Assembly: GCA_903854995.1 (NCBI GenBank)
Contig: CAINXS010000065.1
Location: 1 to 56,894 of the forward strand
Direction: 5' to 3'
Source: Candidatus Moraniibacteriota bacterium
GTDB lineage: Bacteria > Patescibacteriota > Minisyncoccia > Moranbacterales > UBA1568
Length of the DNA: 56,894 nt
Below are positions 45,489 through 53,462 of the stretch, piece after piece. The position numbers and the translations under genes were made by a program. Below the pieces are notes generated by a model. The model had not been told where the DNA came from and did no database searches. It was given only the letters and a program-made list of their open reading frames with translations. Position 1 is the stretch's first letter; every line of letters begins with the position of its first letter.

Positions 45489-46145
45489 CTATTTCTGTCT
45501 CAAAACGTTCAGGAACCGCACGTACTCCGTCAGTCGAAGCCCGGTCCACTTGCCAAGAAGCACGTTGAGCGGAATCGTGAGTAGGACGGTCCACGGATAG
45601 GCGAGGATGAACAACACGAACGACGGCCATGAGATGAGCGCGTACCCGACCAGGGAGATGCCGAGCGTCTCGGCGGCCAAGAGAAGTGCGGCGTGAGTTC
45701 CCTTTTCAAGCTGTAAGGCGACGAATTTCTCGGTGATCGTGATCATGATGAGTAACGGGAATATCGACACGCCTGCCAGGCCGGTCCGGTGATATGCGCC
45801 TCCGATGACGAGAATGCCGAGCATGGAGAACGAGATGACCGAGAGCGTTATGGCCACACGAGGGAGATACAGCAGACGAAAACGACGAAGGACGTACCGG
45901 GTCACCATTCCGATAACGATGACGCTCGCAAAAATCGCGATGCCGTATTTGAGGCCGTTCGGATCGAAGGCGAGGAGGGCGAACGTGATTATGGAGGGCG
46001 TATATATGCCGAACGCTTTTATGCCGACGACCTGTCGGAAAAATGACGCGAGTGTCGCGACGACTGGCAGAAGCAGAAGAAGCGCCATCGTCTGCGCCGG
46101 AACGTTCTGGTCGACGATGAATTGCGTGATCGGGCTGAATTCCAT
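45489..46145 (-). CDS. Polytopic membrane protein resembling the 7TM module of inactive-transglutaminase-associated systems
   Basis: About 218 aa from the ATG at 46145 (MEFSPITQFIV...). About 7 TM helices. FRQVVGIKAFGIYTPSIITFALL-type first helix pair. It usually partners with the ATP-grasp family encoded just downstream. The ORF is open to 46262. Confidence 0.55.
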   Translation of the reverse strand: MEFSPITQFIVDQNVPAQTMALLLLLPVVATLASFFRQVVGIKAFGIYTPSIITFALLAFDPNGLKYGIAIFASVIVIGMVTRYVLRRFRLLYLPRVAITLSVISFSMLGILVIGGAYHRTGLAGVSIFPLLIMITITEKFVALQLEKGTHAALLLAAETLGISLVGYALISWPSFVLFILAYPWTVLLTIPLNVLLGKWTGLRLTEYVRFLNVLRQK

Positions 46146-46213
46146 AGTGGCGATGTTACAATGATTCGTATCTTGGTATCTCCGTCGGGACGCGATATCG
46201 TGACGACTTCTGC

Positions 46214-46708
46214 CTATCGCTTTCCGTACACGCTCCGCGCCTTTCGGGAGAATGCGTGACATACCGCCACCGCGATCGCGTCGGCTGTATCGTCCGGTTT
46301 CGGAATCTCCGGGAGTCGGAGAATATTCTTTGTCATCATCTGTACCTGGCGCTTGTCCGCGGAGCCGTAGCCCGTGACCGACTGTTTGACTTGATTCGGA
46401 GTATAACCAGCGATAATAACACCGAAGCGTCTCAATGTCAAGAGGATAACTCCGCGTGCCTGGGCGACTGAAATGGCGGTTTTTGCGTTCGTGGAGAAGA
46501 AGAGTTCTTCGACGGATGCTTCTTGTGGTTCATGGATGCGGAGTACCGACTCGAGTTCGTCCGCGAGCGCGCAGAGTCGGTCCGCCGGATCGAGGCCTTT
46601 CTCCGTGGCGATATGCCCGTAGGCGATGGGCGTAAGGTTCCCGCCGTTTTCTTCGATGATGCTCCAGCCGATGATTGCCGTTCCGGGATCGATGCCGATG
46701 ATTCTCAT
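46214..46708 (-). CDS. ruvC: Holliday junction resolvase RuvC
   Basis: 164 aa. MRIIGIDPGTAIIGWSIIE and EASVEELFF acidic catalytic residues. Confidence 0.92.
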   Translation of the reverse strand: MRIIGIDPGTAIIGWSIIEENGGNLTPIAYGHIATEKGLDPADRLCALADELESVLRIHEPQEASVEELFFSTNAKTAISVAQARGVILLTLRRFGVIIAGYTPNQVKQSVTGYGSADKRQVQMMTKNILRLPEIPKPDDTADAIAVAVCHAFSRKARSVYGKR

Positions 46709-46790
46709 ATATCAGTCGACAGTTAACAGATAACGATCGATCCGCCGCGTATTATGCGTATACCGCAATGGGATGATCCAGAGTTCCTGT

Positions 46791-47516
46791 TCACTGCTGA
46801 CTGTCGAGATTGTCCCAGACGGTTTGGACATCCTGGTGGTCTTCGAGCGCTTCCAGAAGCCTGTCGAATTCCGCCGCGCTCCCGGCAGGTAATGATGTTT
46901 TCTGAGTCGGAAGGTAGGACAGTCCCGCGGAGAGGACCTCGAAGCCGTTACGTTCGAGAGACTCTTTCACCGATTGGAGATCCTCCTGTCGGGAATAGAC
47001 GTACAGCGTATCCGCATCGCGGGTGACGTCCTCGGCGCCGGCCTCTATGGCGGACAACTCCGCCTCGTCCGGATCGCGCTGTCCGAGCGAGCAGGATATC
47101 TCACCGACCGGCCGGAACAGGTATGCCACCGAGCCTTCGGGAACGATCTTGCCGCCGTTCTTCGTAAGCAGGGTACGGATCTCTCCGAACGTGCGATTCC
47201 GATTGTCGGTCGCCGTGCCGATCAACAGCGCCACCTGTCCCGGTCCATAGGCCTCGTACACGAGCTCCTCGAACAGCGCTCCGTCCTTCAACTCACCCGT
47301 TCCGCGTTTGATAGCCTTCTCGATGCGGTCTTTCGGCATATTCGCGGCGCGTGCCGTGTCGATGGCGAGACGGAGACGGAAGTTCATATCGGGGTCGCCG
47401 CCATGGCGGGCAGCTATGGTGACCATGTTTCCGAGCTTCGTGAAAACGGACGCCCGCTTCGCGTCCGTCAGCGCTTTCTTATGGCGGATACCGGCCCAGT
47501 GGGAATGTCCCGACAT
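46791..47516 (-). CDS. yebC: YebC/PmpR-family transcriptional regulator
   Basis: From the ATG at 47516: MSGHSHWAGIRHKKALTDAKRASVFTKLGNMVTIAARHGGDPDMNFRLRLAIDTARAANMPKD. The ORF is open to 47624. Confidence 0.92.
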   Translation of the reverse strand: MSGHSHWAGIRHKKALTDAKRASVFTKLGNMVTIAARHGGDPDMNFRLRLAIDTARAANMPKDRIEKAIKRGTGELKDGALFEELVYEAYGPGQVALLIGTATDNRNRTFGEIRTLLTKNGGKIVPEGSVAYLFRPVGEISCSLGQRDPDEAELSAIEAGAEDVTRDADTLYVYSRQEDLQSVKESLERNGFEVLSAGLSYLPTQKTSLPAGSAAEFDRLLEALEDHQDVQTVWDNLDSQQ

Positions 47517-47571
47517 ACTCGATCGATAATCAACGATAGACAATCCAGTATAACGCGATCCTTCGGTGAGT

Positions 47572-48141
47572 TCAAGCTGCCGGAGCGTCCGATTCCGGGG
47601 TGGTTCCGGCATGTCTCCGCCCACGTTCGGCGAGCTTCATGATCGTGTCTTTCACTCCGACGGGATTCGGAATGTTGTGAAAAATGAACCGGGGACTCTC
47701 ACCGGCTGTCTGTACGAGAACATCGCCGAAATCGAGTATGCTCGGCAGTATGCCGTTCACCTCGCTTGTCACGTCCTGGATCGTGTGGAAACGGAGTTCG
47801 CTCACCCTGCGTGTGAAGAGATCTTTCTGTTCGATATTCACGATGCGTTCGTTCGTGATGATCCAGACATCGAAATATACGTCGATCCAGATAAGAAAAA
47901 GGGATACCCAGAGGAACAGCAGGAAAGAGTTTTGCAGAAAAAAGAAGAACGACACATTCGGACTCTCCGTGATTCCCGGGAACAGGCCGGGAAGGATGAG
48001 GAATCCTCCGAGCAGTATGACCGATAGGAACACGGATAGGAACAGGTGCGAGAAAATGTCGAACCAATGCCGATGATACACCGCGATCACCCGCTCCTCC
48101 TCGTGCTTGCCCGGAAAACGGACGAAGGAAAGATTTCTCAT
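47572..48141 (-). CDS. Membrane protein with bacterial PH-like (YdbS/YdbT-type) domain
   Basis: 189 aa. Two TM helices, then NERIVNIEQKDLFTRRVSELRFHTIQDV...FGDVLVQTAG. Confidence 0.55.
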   Translation of the reverse strand: MRNLSFVRFPGKHEEERVIAVYHRHWFDIFSHLFLSVFLSVILLGGFLILPGLFPGITESPNVSFFFFLQNSFLLFLWVSLFLIWIDVYFDVWIITNERIVNIEQKDLFTRRVSELRFHTIQDVTSEVNGILPSILDFGDVLVQTAGESPRFIFHNIPNPVGVKDTIMKLAERGRRHAGTTPESDAPAA

Positions 48142-48145
48142 ATGT

Positions 48146-48400
48146 TTAGAAGCCGGAGTAGGTTGAAGGGAACGAGGAGAACGAACTTGAACTCTTCAGC
48201 AAGGCGGTCCAATCGATGCGGAAGAACGTTATGGCGTTCGTGGCGAGGAAGAACAGGAACACGGTCGCGAAAACGAACACGGTCGCGAACGCGGCCCCTT
48301 TGGACAGCGAATAGCGAAGGATGTGGTAACAGACGTACATGCCTACCGTCGTTAATCCGAGAAAGAGTATGAGATACAGGAGATTGATGATGCCGATCAT
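48146..48400 (-). CDS. Small hypothetical membrane protein
   Basis: 84 aa with three hydrophobic helices. The start overlaps the ruvB stop as ATGA (48397-48400), suggesting translational coupling. Confidence 0.5.
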   Translation of the reverse strand: MIGIINLLYLILFLGLTTVGMYVCYHILRYSLSKGAAFATVFVFATVFLFFLATNAITFFRIDWTALLKSSSSFSSFPSTYSGF

Positions 48401-49410
48401 AGGAGTTTTGTTTGTTGATCTTCGGGAACAGGGAGTCCGACATGGAGGAAGCCGTCCGGCGTCACGACGCGCCCCCGCGGGGTGCGGACCAGAAAACCGA
48501 GCTGTATGAGATAGGGTTCGTAGACGTCTTCTATGGTTTCCGTTTCTTCGCCGGTGACTGCCGCGATCGCCTGGATGCCGGCGGGGCCGCCTTTGAATTT
48601 TTTCGCGATGGCGGTGATGATGTTCCGATCCGTCGGCTCGAGCCCGATCTCGTCGACCTCGAAGAGCGAGAGCGCCTCGCGAGCGACGTCTCTGGATACG
48701 TTGTCCCGGCCATGGATCTCTGCGAAATCGCGAACCCGTTTGAGAAGGCGGTTCGCTACCCGTGGAGTCTGACGGCTTGCCGCGGCGATGGCGTCCGCGC
48801 CGCCATCGTCGATCGGAACGCCGAGAATCCGCGCGGAGCGTGTGATTATTTTCCGCATCTCGTCATGCTCATAGAACTCAAGCCGGTTTGTCGAGCCGAA
48901 ACGGTTCCGAAGCGGATTCGATATGGACCCGAGTCGGGTTGTCGCCCCGACGAGGGTGAATCTCGGGAGATCGAGTTGGATCGTCCGCGCCGACGGACCC
49001 TTCCCGATGATGATGTCCAGCTTGTAATCCTCCATGGCCGGATACAGGACCTCTTCGATGGTCTTGTTCAGTCGATGGATCTCGTCAATAAAGAGAACGT
49101 CACCTTCTTCCAGGTTCGTCAATATTGATCCCAGGTCCCCGACCCGTTCGATGGCCGGCCCCGAAGTGATGCGGATATTGACGCCCATCTCTTTGGCGAT
49201 GATGTTTGCGAGCGTGGTTTTTCCGAGTCCCGCAGGCCCGTACAGCAGGACGTGGTCGACGCTTTCCTTGCGTCTCTTCGCGGCCTCGATGAATATCCCG
49301 AGGTTTCTTTTTATCTTTTCCTGTCCCACATACTCACCGAAAGAGGCCGGCCGCAGGGTGGTTTCGAGCACGACGTCATCCGACTCGATCTTTTCTGGAG
49401 CGGTAAGCAT
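48397..49410 (-). CDS. ruvB: Holliday junction branch-migration helicase RuvB
   Basis: 337 aa. [16 protein letters not shown], Walker [21 protein letters not shown]. Confidence 0.97.
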   Translation of the reverse strand: MLTAPEKIESDDVVLETTLRPASFGEYVGQEKIKRNLGIFIEAAKRRKESVDHVLLYGPAGLGKTTLANIIAKEMGVNIRITSGPAIERVGDLGSILTNLEEGDVLFIDEIHRLNKTIEEVLYPAMEDYKLDIIIGKGPSARTIQLDLPRFTLVGATTRLGSISNPLRNRFGSTNRLEFYEHDEMRKIITRSARILGVPIDDGGADAIAAASRQTPRVANRLLKRVRDFAEIHGRDNVSRDVAREALSLFEVDEIGLEPTDRNIITAIAKKFKGGPAGIQAIAAVTGEETETIEDVYEPYLIQLGFLVRTPRGRVVTPDGFLHVGLPVPEDQQTKLL

Positions 49411-49475
49411 GTGGTTCGGTCTTTGATGGCTTGCCGGAGCGGCTCTTCGGTGATTCTGACTAATTCTAGCACTTC

Positions 49476-49504
49476 TTGACAGGAATACAAACCTATGCTA
49501 GGAT
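49476..49504 (+). promoter_or_regulatory. Sigma-70-type promoter (TTGACA - 17 nt - TGcTAGGAT)
   Basis: -35 TTGACA at 49476-49481, a 17-nt spacer ending in TGc, and -10 TAGGAT at 49499-49504. Confidence 0.6.
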
Positions 49505-49510
49505 GGAAGG

Positions 49511-49790
49511 TCCCGCTGAAAAAACGGACGACATTTGAAGGCGCATTCACCTGCAGGCAAATTGGGGATTTCTATCTTTTATCCTCAAGACAGGGGGCTT
49601 ACCCTCGCGCTTACCGTTTCTCACGGATTCCGTCGGAAACGGCAAGCGCGAGATGTCCAGACATGGGTTGGGTGGTTTCGGCTGCGCTCCTCCTCGACAC
49701 TGTCCCTTCCCGAGATGTCCTTGACGTCTCGGATTGCCTGCAGCTGAATGATCCTCCAATCGGAGACTCCCGTCATCGGAGTCTTTTCTT
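49511..49790 (+). ncRNA. Candidate ~280-nt structured RNA (independent sRNA or cis-regulatory leader of the SET gene)
   Basis: Bounded by the promoter above and a terminator (AGACTCC-CGTCATC-GGAGTCT + TTTTCTT, 49764-49790). Long-range 10-bp pairing CTGCAGGCAA (49551-60) with TTGCCTGCAG (49734-43), extended by CATTCA/TGAATG. A 16-bp hairpin 49604-49620/49636-49652. A 10-bp hairpin CCGAGATGTC-CTT-GACGTCTCGG. No credible ORF. Confidence 0.45.
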
Positions 49791-49810
49791 ATATCCGAAA
49801 GCGGAGTATC

Positions 49811-50281
49811 ATGGAGCCTCATCCAAAGGAAAAGACCATGAGTTACAGCGAGAAAAACCGTGCGGTCCGTGCTTCAAACAATGAGTCACAAGGAGTCGTG
49901 GTCCGTCGGTCGTCCGCCGGGCTGGGACTGTTCGCCGCGAAGGATTTCGCCAAAGGGGAGACGGTTATCGAGTACGTGGGGAATAGGATAGCCGCTTCGG
50001 AAGCTGAGAGTCGACCGAACCGATACCTTTTTCGGGTGAGCGCGAAGCAAGATATCGACGGCAGCCCCCGGTGGAATACCGCAAGATACGCGAACCATTC
50101 CTGCAAACCGAATTGCGAAGCCGAGAACCGTCGCGGGAGGATATATCTGGTGACGCGTCGAAAGGTGAGCGCCGGCGAGGAAATATGTTATGACTACGGG
50201 CGCGAATACGTCGACGAGTTCATTCGTCCTTCGGGTTGCCGTTGTAGGAAATGCATCGACATGAAAAAAGACCCCGCCTGA
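49811..50281 (+). CDS. SET-domain protein (putative lysine methyltransferase)
   Basis: GLGLFAAKDFAKGETVIEYVG, RYANHSCKPNCEA (NHSC motif), EEICYDYG, and a post-SET-like CRCRKC. The ATG at 49811 is preceded by GGAG. The ORF is open from 49748. Confidence 0.85.
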   Translation: MEPHPKEKTMSYSEKNRAVRASNNESQGVVVRRSSAGLGLFAAKDFAKGETVIEYVGNRIAASEAESRPNRYLFRVSAKQDIDGSPRWNTARYANHSCKPNCEAENRRGRIYLVTRRKVSAGEEICYDYGREYVDEFIRPSGCRCRKCIDMKKDPA

Positions 50282-50309
50282 CGCCGGAGCCTTTTTTCGT
50301 TCCCTCGTG

Positions 50310-53300
50310 CTATTCGTCGGTGACGCGTCGCACCTCTTCGATCGTGGTTCGGCCTTCAAAAACGGCCAGGAGACCGTCAGCGGAGAGTGGAAGCATGCCG
50401 TTTTTCAACGCCGTGTCCTCTATCTCCGACGTCAACGCGTTTTCGGAGATGAGTTTCTCGATGTCCCTGTCTTTTTCCAGGACTTCCGAGAGTACGATCT
50501 GTCCCGAATAGCCGACCCCGTTACATTCCGGACATCCGACTGCGCGATAGACCATATCGGTACGGAGCGTATCGGGATGCAGCTCCTCCGGAATCATCGC
50601 GCTGATGCGACGGATCATTTTCGCCTCGTCAGCGGTCGGGTGGTCCTCCTTCCTGCAGTGCGGGCACAGTTTCCGTACGAGCCTTTGCGAAATGAGGCAG
50701 TTTGCGGCGTTCGCGAGGTCGTCGGTCGATATGCCCATCCCGAGAATGCGGGCAATCGCACCGGCCGCACTGTTCGCATGGACCGTCGAAAGCACAAGGT
50801 GTCCGGTAACGGCCGCCTGCACGGCTATTTTTGCCGTCTCTTCGTCCCGAATCTCACCGAGCATGAGGATGTCCGGGTTTTGTCGGAGCAGCACCGAAAG
50901 CGCTTCCGGGAACGAGTATCCCTCTTCCGCATTCACCTGCGTCTGCAGGATTCCGGGAAGCCGGTATTCGATCGGATCCTCGACCGTGATGATCTTCACT
51001 TCGGGCGTGTTGAGTTTCGCGAGCATGCTATACAGAGTGGTCGTTTTCCCGGATCCGGTCGGTCCGACGTTCACGATGATCCCGTTCGGCCGTTTGATGG
51101 CCGCCTCGATGCGTTCGAGGTTCTCCTTCCGGAAGTCGAGTGCGTCGAGAGAAAGTTCGACTTCCGATCCGCCGAGGACGCGCATGACGGCCGTTTCGCC
51201 GTATCCGCCAAGAATGATCGAGAGGCGGACATCCGTGCGTCCCGCTTTGACGGTATCGAACGGCGTAAGGACGGAAAGCGAGAAGCGCCCGTCGACGACG
51301 CCGGAGCGTTCACCCGTCTTCAGGCCGCTCCACAACTTGATTTCGCCAAGTACGGAAGGATAGGTATTTTTCGGAAATGACAGGACGGTCTGCAGTATGC
51401 CATCTATCCGGAACCTGACGAGGATGGTATCGTCCGTCGGTTCGAAATGGACGTCCCCGGCGTGCAGCAGAAGCGCGGCGGCGAAGATCGCGCGGAGAAG
51501 GGCGTTCTCGTCGAGCGTCGCCGCATAAGTACGGAAATCCTCAAACGAAGAAAGGTGCTCTTTCGCTTCCGAAAGAGATGATGCCGAAATGACCGACGCA
51601 CGCGAAAGCAGACTCGGCATAAGGTCCTCGTATATCTCCTGGAGCGTGTCCCTTTTCCCCGTTGCTCGCCACACCTCCTCGAGCGTCGTTATTCCGCGAA
51701 GGGCCTTGACCATGCCGTCCTGGATCATCGTCACCATGCCGTCCTCGACCGCGGCCCGCGTGATTTCACGCTCGGTTCCAAGATTCAAGATGAGCTCCTC
51801 GATCGACTTCGTTATCGTGAACGCCTCGAAGATGCCGATCCGTCCGCGGTATCCCGTGAGTCCGCACTTCTGACAGCCGACCGATTTCCACAATTTCTTC
51901 GTTTCGTGCGGAATGGAAATCTTCGCTTTGGGAGAGATGATGGAGAGAATCTGCTCGATGCCGTCAAGCGTCTCTTTCGCCGGCTCATACGATTCCTTGC
52001 AGTCGTCGCAGAGAACGCGCACGAGGCGCTGTCCGATGATAATGTTCGTCGCCGAGGCGATGAGCGACGGCTTCACTCCGAGTTCGACGAAACGGCCTAC
52101 GGCGCCCGGAGCGGTGTTTGCGTGGATGGTCGAGAACAGGAGGTGACCGGTGAGCGCCGCGTTCACGGCGACCTCGGCGGTCTCTTCGTCGCGGATTTCG
52201 CCGACGAGGATGACGTCAGGGTCCTGTCGGACGATGGCTCGGAGCGCGGCGGCGAACGTATAGGAACGGTCCTTGGAGACCTCGGTCTGCACGATTCCGG
52301 GGAGTTGGTATTCCACCGGGTCCTCGACAGTGATGATCTTCACCTCCGACTTGTTGATGGAGTGCAACAGGCTATAGAGCGTGGTCGTTTTTCCTGAACC
52401 CGTCGGGCCTGTGTTCAGGATCATGCCATGCGGGAGATTGATCGCGTGACGTACTTTTTCGAGGGTTTCCCCTTCGAGGCCGAGTGTCGGCATATCGAGC
52501 AGGACGCTTTCCGCGTTCAGGATCCGGATGTTTATGCTTTCCCCATGATTGCCCGGGATGACACTTGCCCGGAGATCCGTCTTTTTGCCGTCGACCGTCA
52601 TTTCAAAATGCCCGTCCTGGGAGCGGTCGCGGATGTTGATCTTCATTTTCGCAAGCATCTTGACCCGCGAGAGCGTAAGCCGATAGATGTCTTTGGGGAT
52701 GTTGCCGACGTCCTGAAGGACGCCGTCGATCCGATACCGGAGTCGGACGGAGTCGGCCTCGGGTTCGATATGGATGTCACTCGCGCGGAGTTTGTTCGCG
52801 CCGGCAAGAATGATTTCGACCGTCTGCGATATGGAGACTGTCGTGGCATTTTTCAGGCTGAGCAGCTCGTCGAAATTCTCCTCGAATTTCCGAAGGTCCT
52901 CTCCCGAGAGCGAGATCCGCAGCAGGTCGAGGCTTCGCAGGATCGGTGCGGACTTGTACGTCCCCCAGACCTTTTCGAGTGATTGAGTGGAAACGACGAA
53001 CGGTTCGATGGACCATCTGTTTGTTTTGGCGAACTCGGTGACGTATGCCTCGGCCTCGACATTTTCGGGGTCCGCGAAAGCCACCCGGATGGTATCGCCC
53101 GTCTTGTCGAACGCGGCGATTCCGAGCCTTCGGGCGTCTTCTTCGGCGATGAGGGTCACGTCCTCGGAATTGGCGGGAAAGATATGAAGATCGAGATAGG
53201 GAAGGCCGAGCGCCGACGCTCGCCGCGCCGCCTCCTGCTCCATCGATTCTCCCTGGAGCTCCTGGAGCAGCTTCGCGGTCTTGGCCGCCTTGCTGTCCTT

Positions 53301-53336
53301 CCAGCCCTGCCCGGACTTCTGGATGACGTGGACCAT
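50310..53336 (-). CDS. Tandem-duplicated PilB/GspE-family secretion ATPase (two complete ATPase modules in one 1008-aa protein)
   Basis: Module 1: T2SSE N-domain, GPTGSGKTTTLYSLL, VILVGEIRDEETA, TGHLLFSTIHAN, CDDC...CQKCGLTGYRGR. Module 2: GPTGSGKTTTLYSML, ILMLGEIRDEETA, TGHLVLSTVHAN, CPHC...CPECNGVGYSGQ. Confidence 0.9.
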   Translation of the reverse strand: MVHVIQKSGQGWKDSKAAKTAKLLQELQGESMEQEAARRASALGLPYLDLHIFPANSEDVTLIAEEDARRLGIAAFDKTGDTIRVAFADPENVEAEAYVTEFAKTNRWSIEPFVVSTQSLEKVWGTYKSAPILRSLDLLRISLSGEDLRKFEENFDELLSLKNATTVSISQTVEIILAGANKLRASDIHIEPEADSVRLRYRIDGVLQDVGNIPKDIYRLTLSRVKMLAKMKINIRDRSQDGHFEMTVDGKKTDLRASVIPGNHGESINIRILNAESVLLDMPTLGLEGETLEKVRHAINLPHGMILNTGPTGSGKTTTLYSLLHSINKSEVKIITVEDPVEYQLPGIVQTEVSKDRSYTFAAALRAIVRQDPDVILVGEIRDEETAEVAVNAALTGHLLFSTIHANTAPGAVGRFVELGVKPSLIASATNIIIGQRLVRVLCDDCKESYEPAKETLDGIEQILSIISPKAKISIPHETKKLWKSVGCQKCGLTGYRGRIGIFEAFTITKSIEELILNLGTEREITRAAVEDGMVTMIQDGMVKALRGITTLEEVWRATGKRDTLQEIYEDLMPSLLSRASVISASSLSEAKEHLSSFEDFRTYAATLDENALLRAIFAAALLLHAGDVHFEPTDDTILVRFRIDGILQTVLSFPKNTYPSVLGEIKLWSGLKTGERSGVVDGRFSLSVLTPFDTVKAGRTDVRLSIILGGYGETAVMRVLGGSEVELSLDALDFRKENLERIEAAIKRPNGIIVNVGPTGSGKTTTLYSMLAKLNTPEVKIITVEDPIEYRLPGILQTQVNAEEGYSFPEALSVLLRQNPDILMLGEIRDEETAKIAVQAAVTGHLVLSTVHANSAAGAIARILGMGISTDDLANAANCLISQRLVRKLCPHCRKEDHPTADEAKMIRRISAMIPEELHPDTLRTDMVYRAVGCPECNGVGYSGQIVLSEVLEKDRDIEKLISENALTSEIEDTALKNGMLPLSADGLLAVFEGRTTIEEVRRVTDE

Positions 53337-53462
53337 ATCGTTTTTCGTTTATTTCGTGTGGGAACCGGCAGTGTCCATAAATGCAAAGTTCCGCTTTCAC
53401 ACACCTGTTCACGGTACTATTGTACCGGAAAAGGGGTGAAAGCGGAACGGGTTTCTTGAAAG

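Noticed and set aside
49505-49600. RNase P-like strings (GGAAGGTCCCGC and ACAGGGGGCTTACC)
   Set aside because: The two P4-like strands are only ~75 nt apart, and none of the other universally conserved RNase P regions is present. It is too small and incomplete for RNase P RNA.
49680-49700. GGCTGCGCTCCTCCTCGAC, whose reverse complement resembles the GAGGAGCGCUGCGAC core of the SAH riboswitch
   Set aside because: The match is on the minus strand, where it would precede ruvB rather than a SAH-recycling gene. It contains an extra GGA and lacks the rest of the pseudoknot consensus.
50307-51380. 357-aa and other long plus-strand ORFs opposite the secretion ATPase gene (also 50605..51363, 51906..52397, 52428..52982)
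   Set aside because: These are shadow ORFs antisense to a gene with two complete, motif-perfect ATPase cores. Their translations show no motifs and are Arg-rich.
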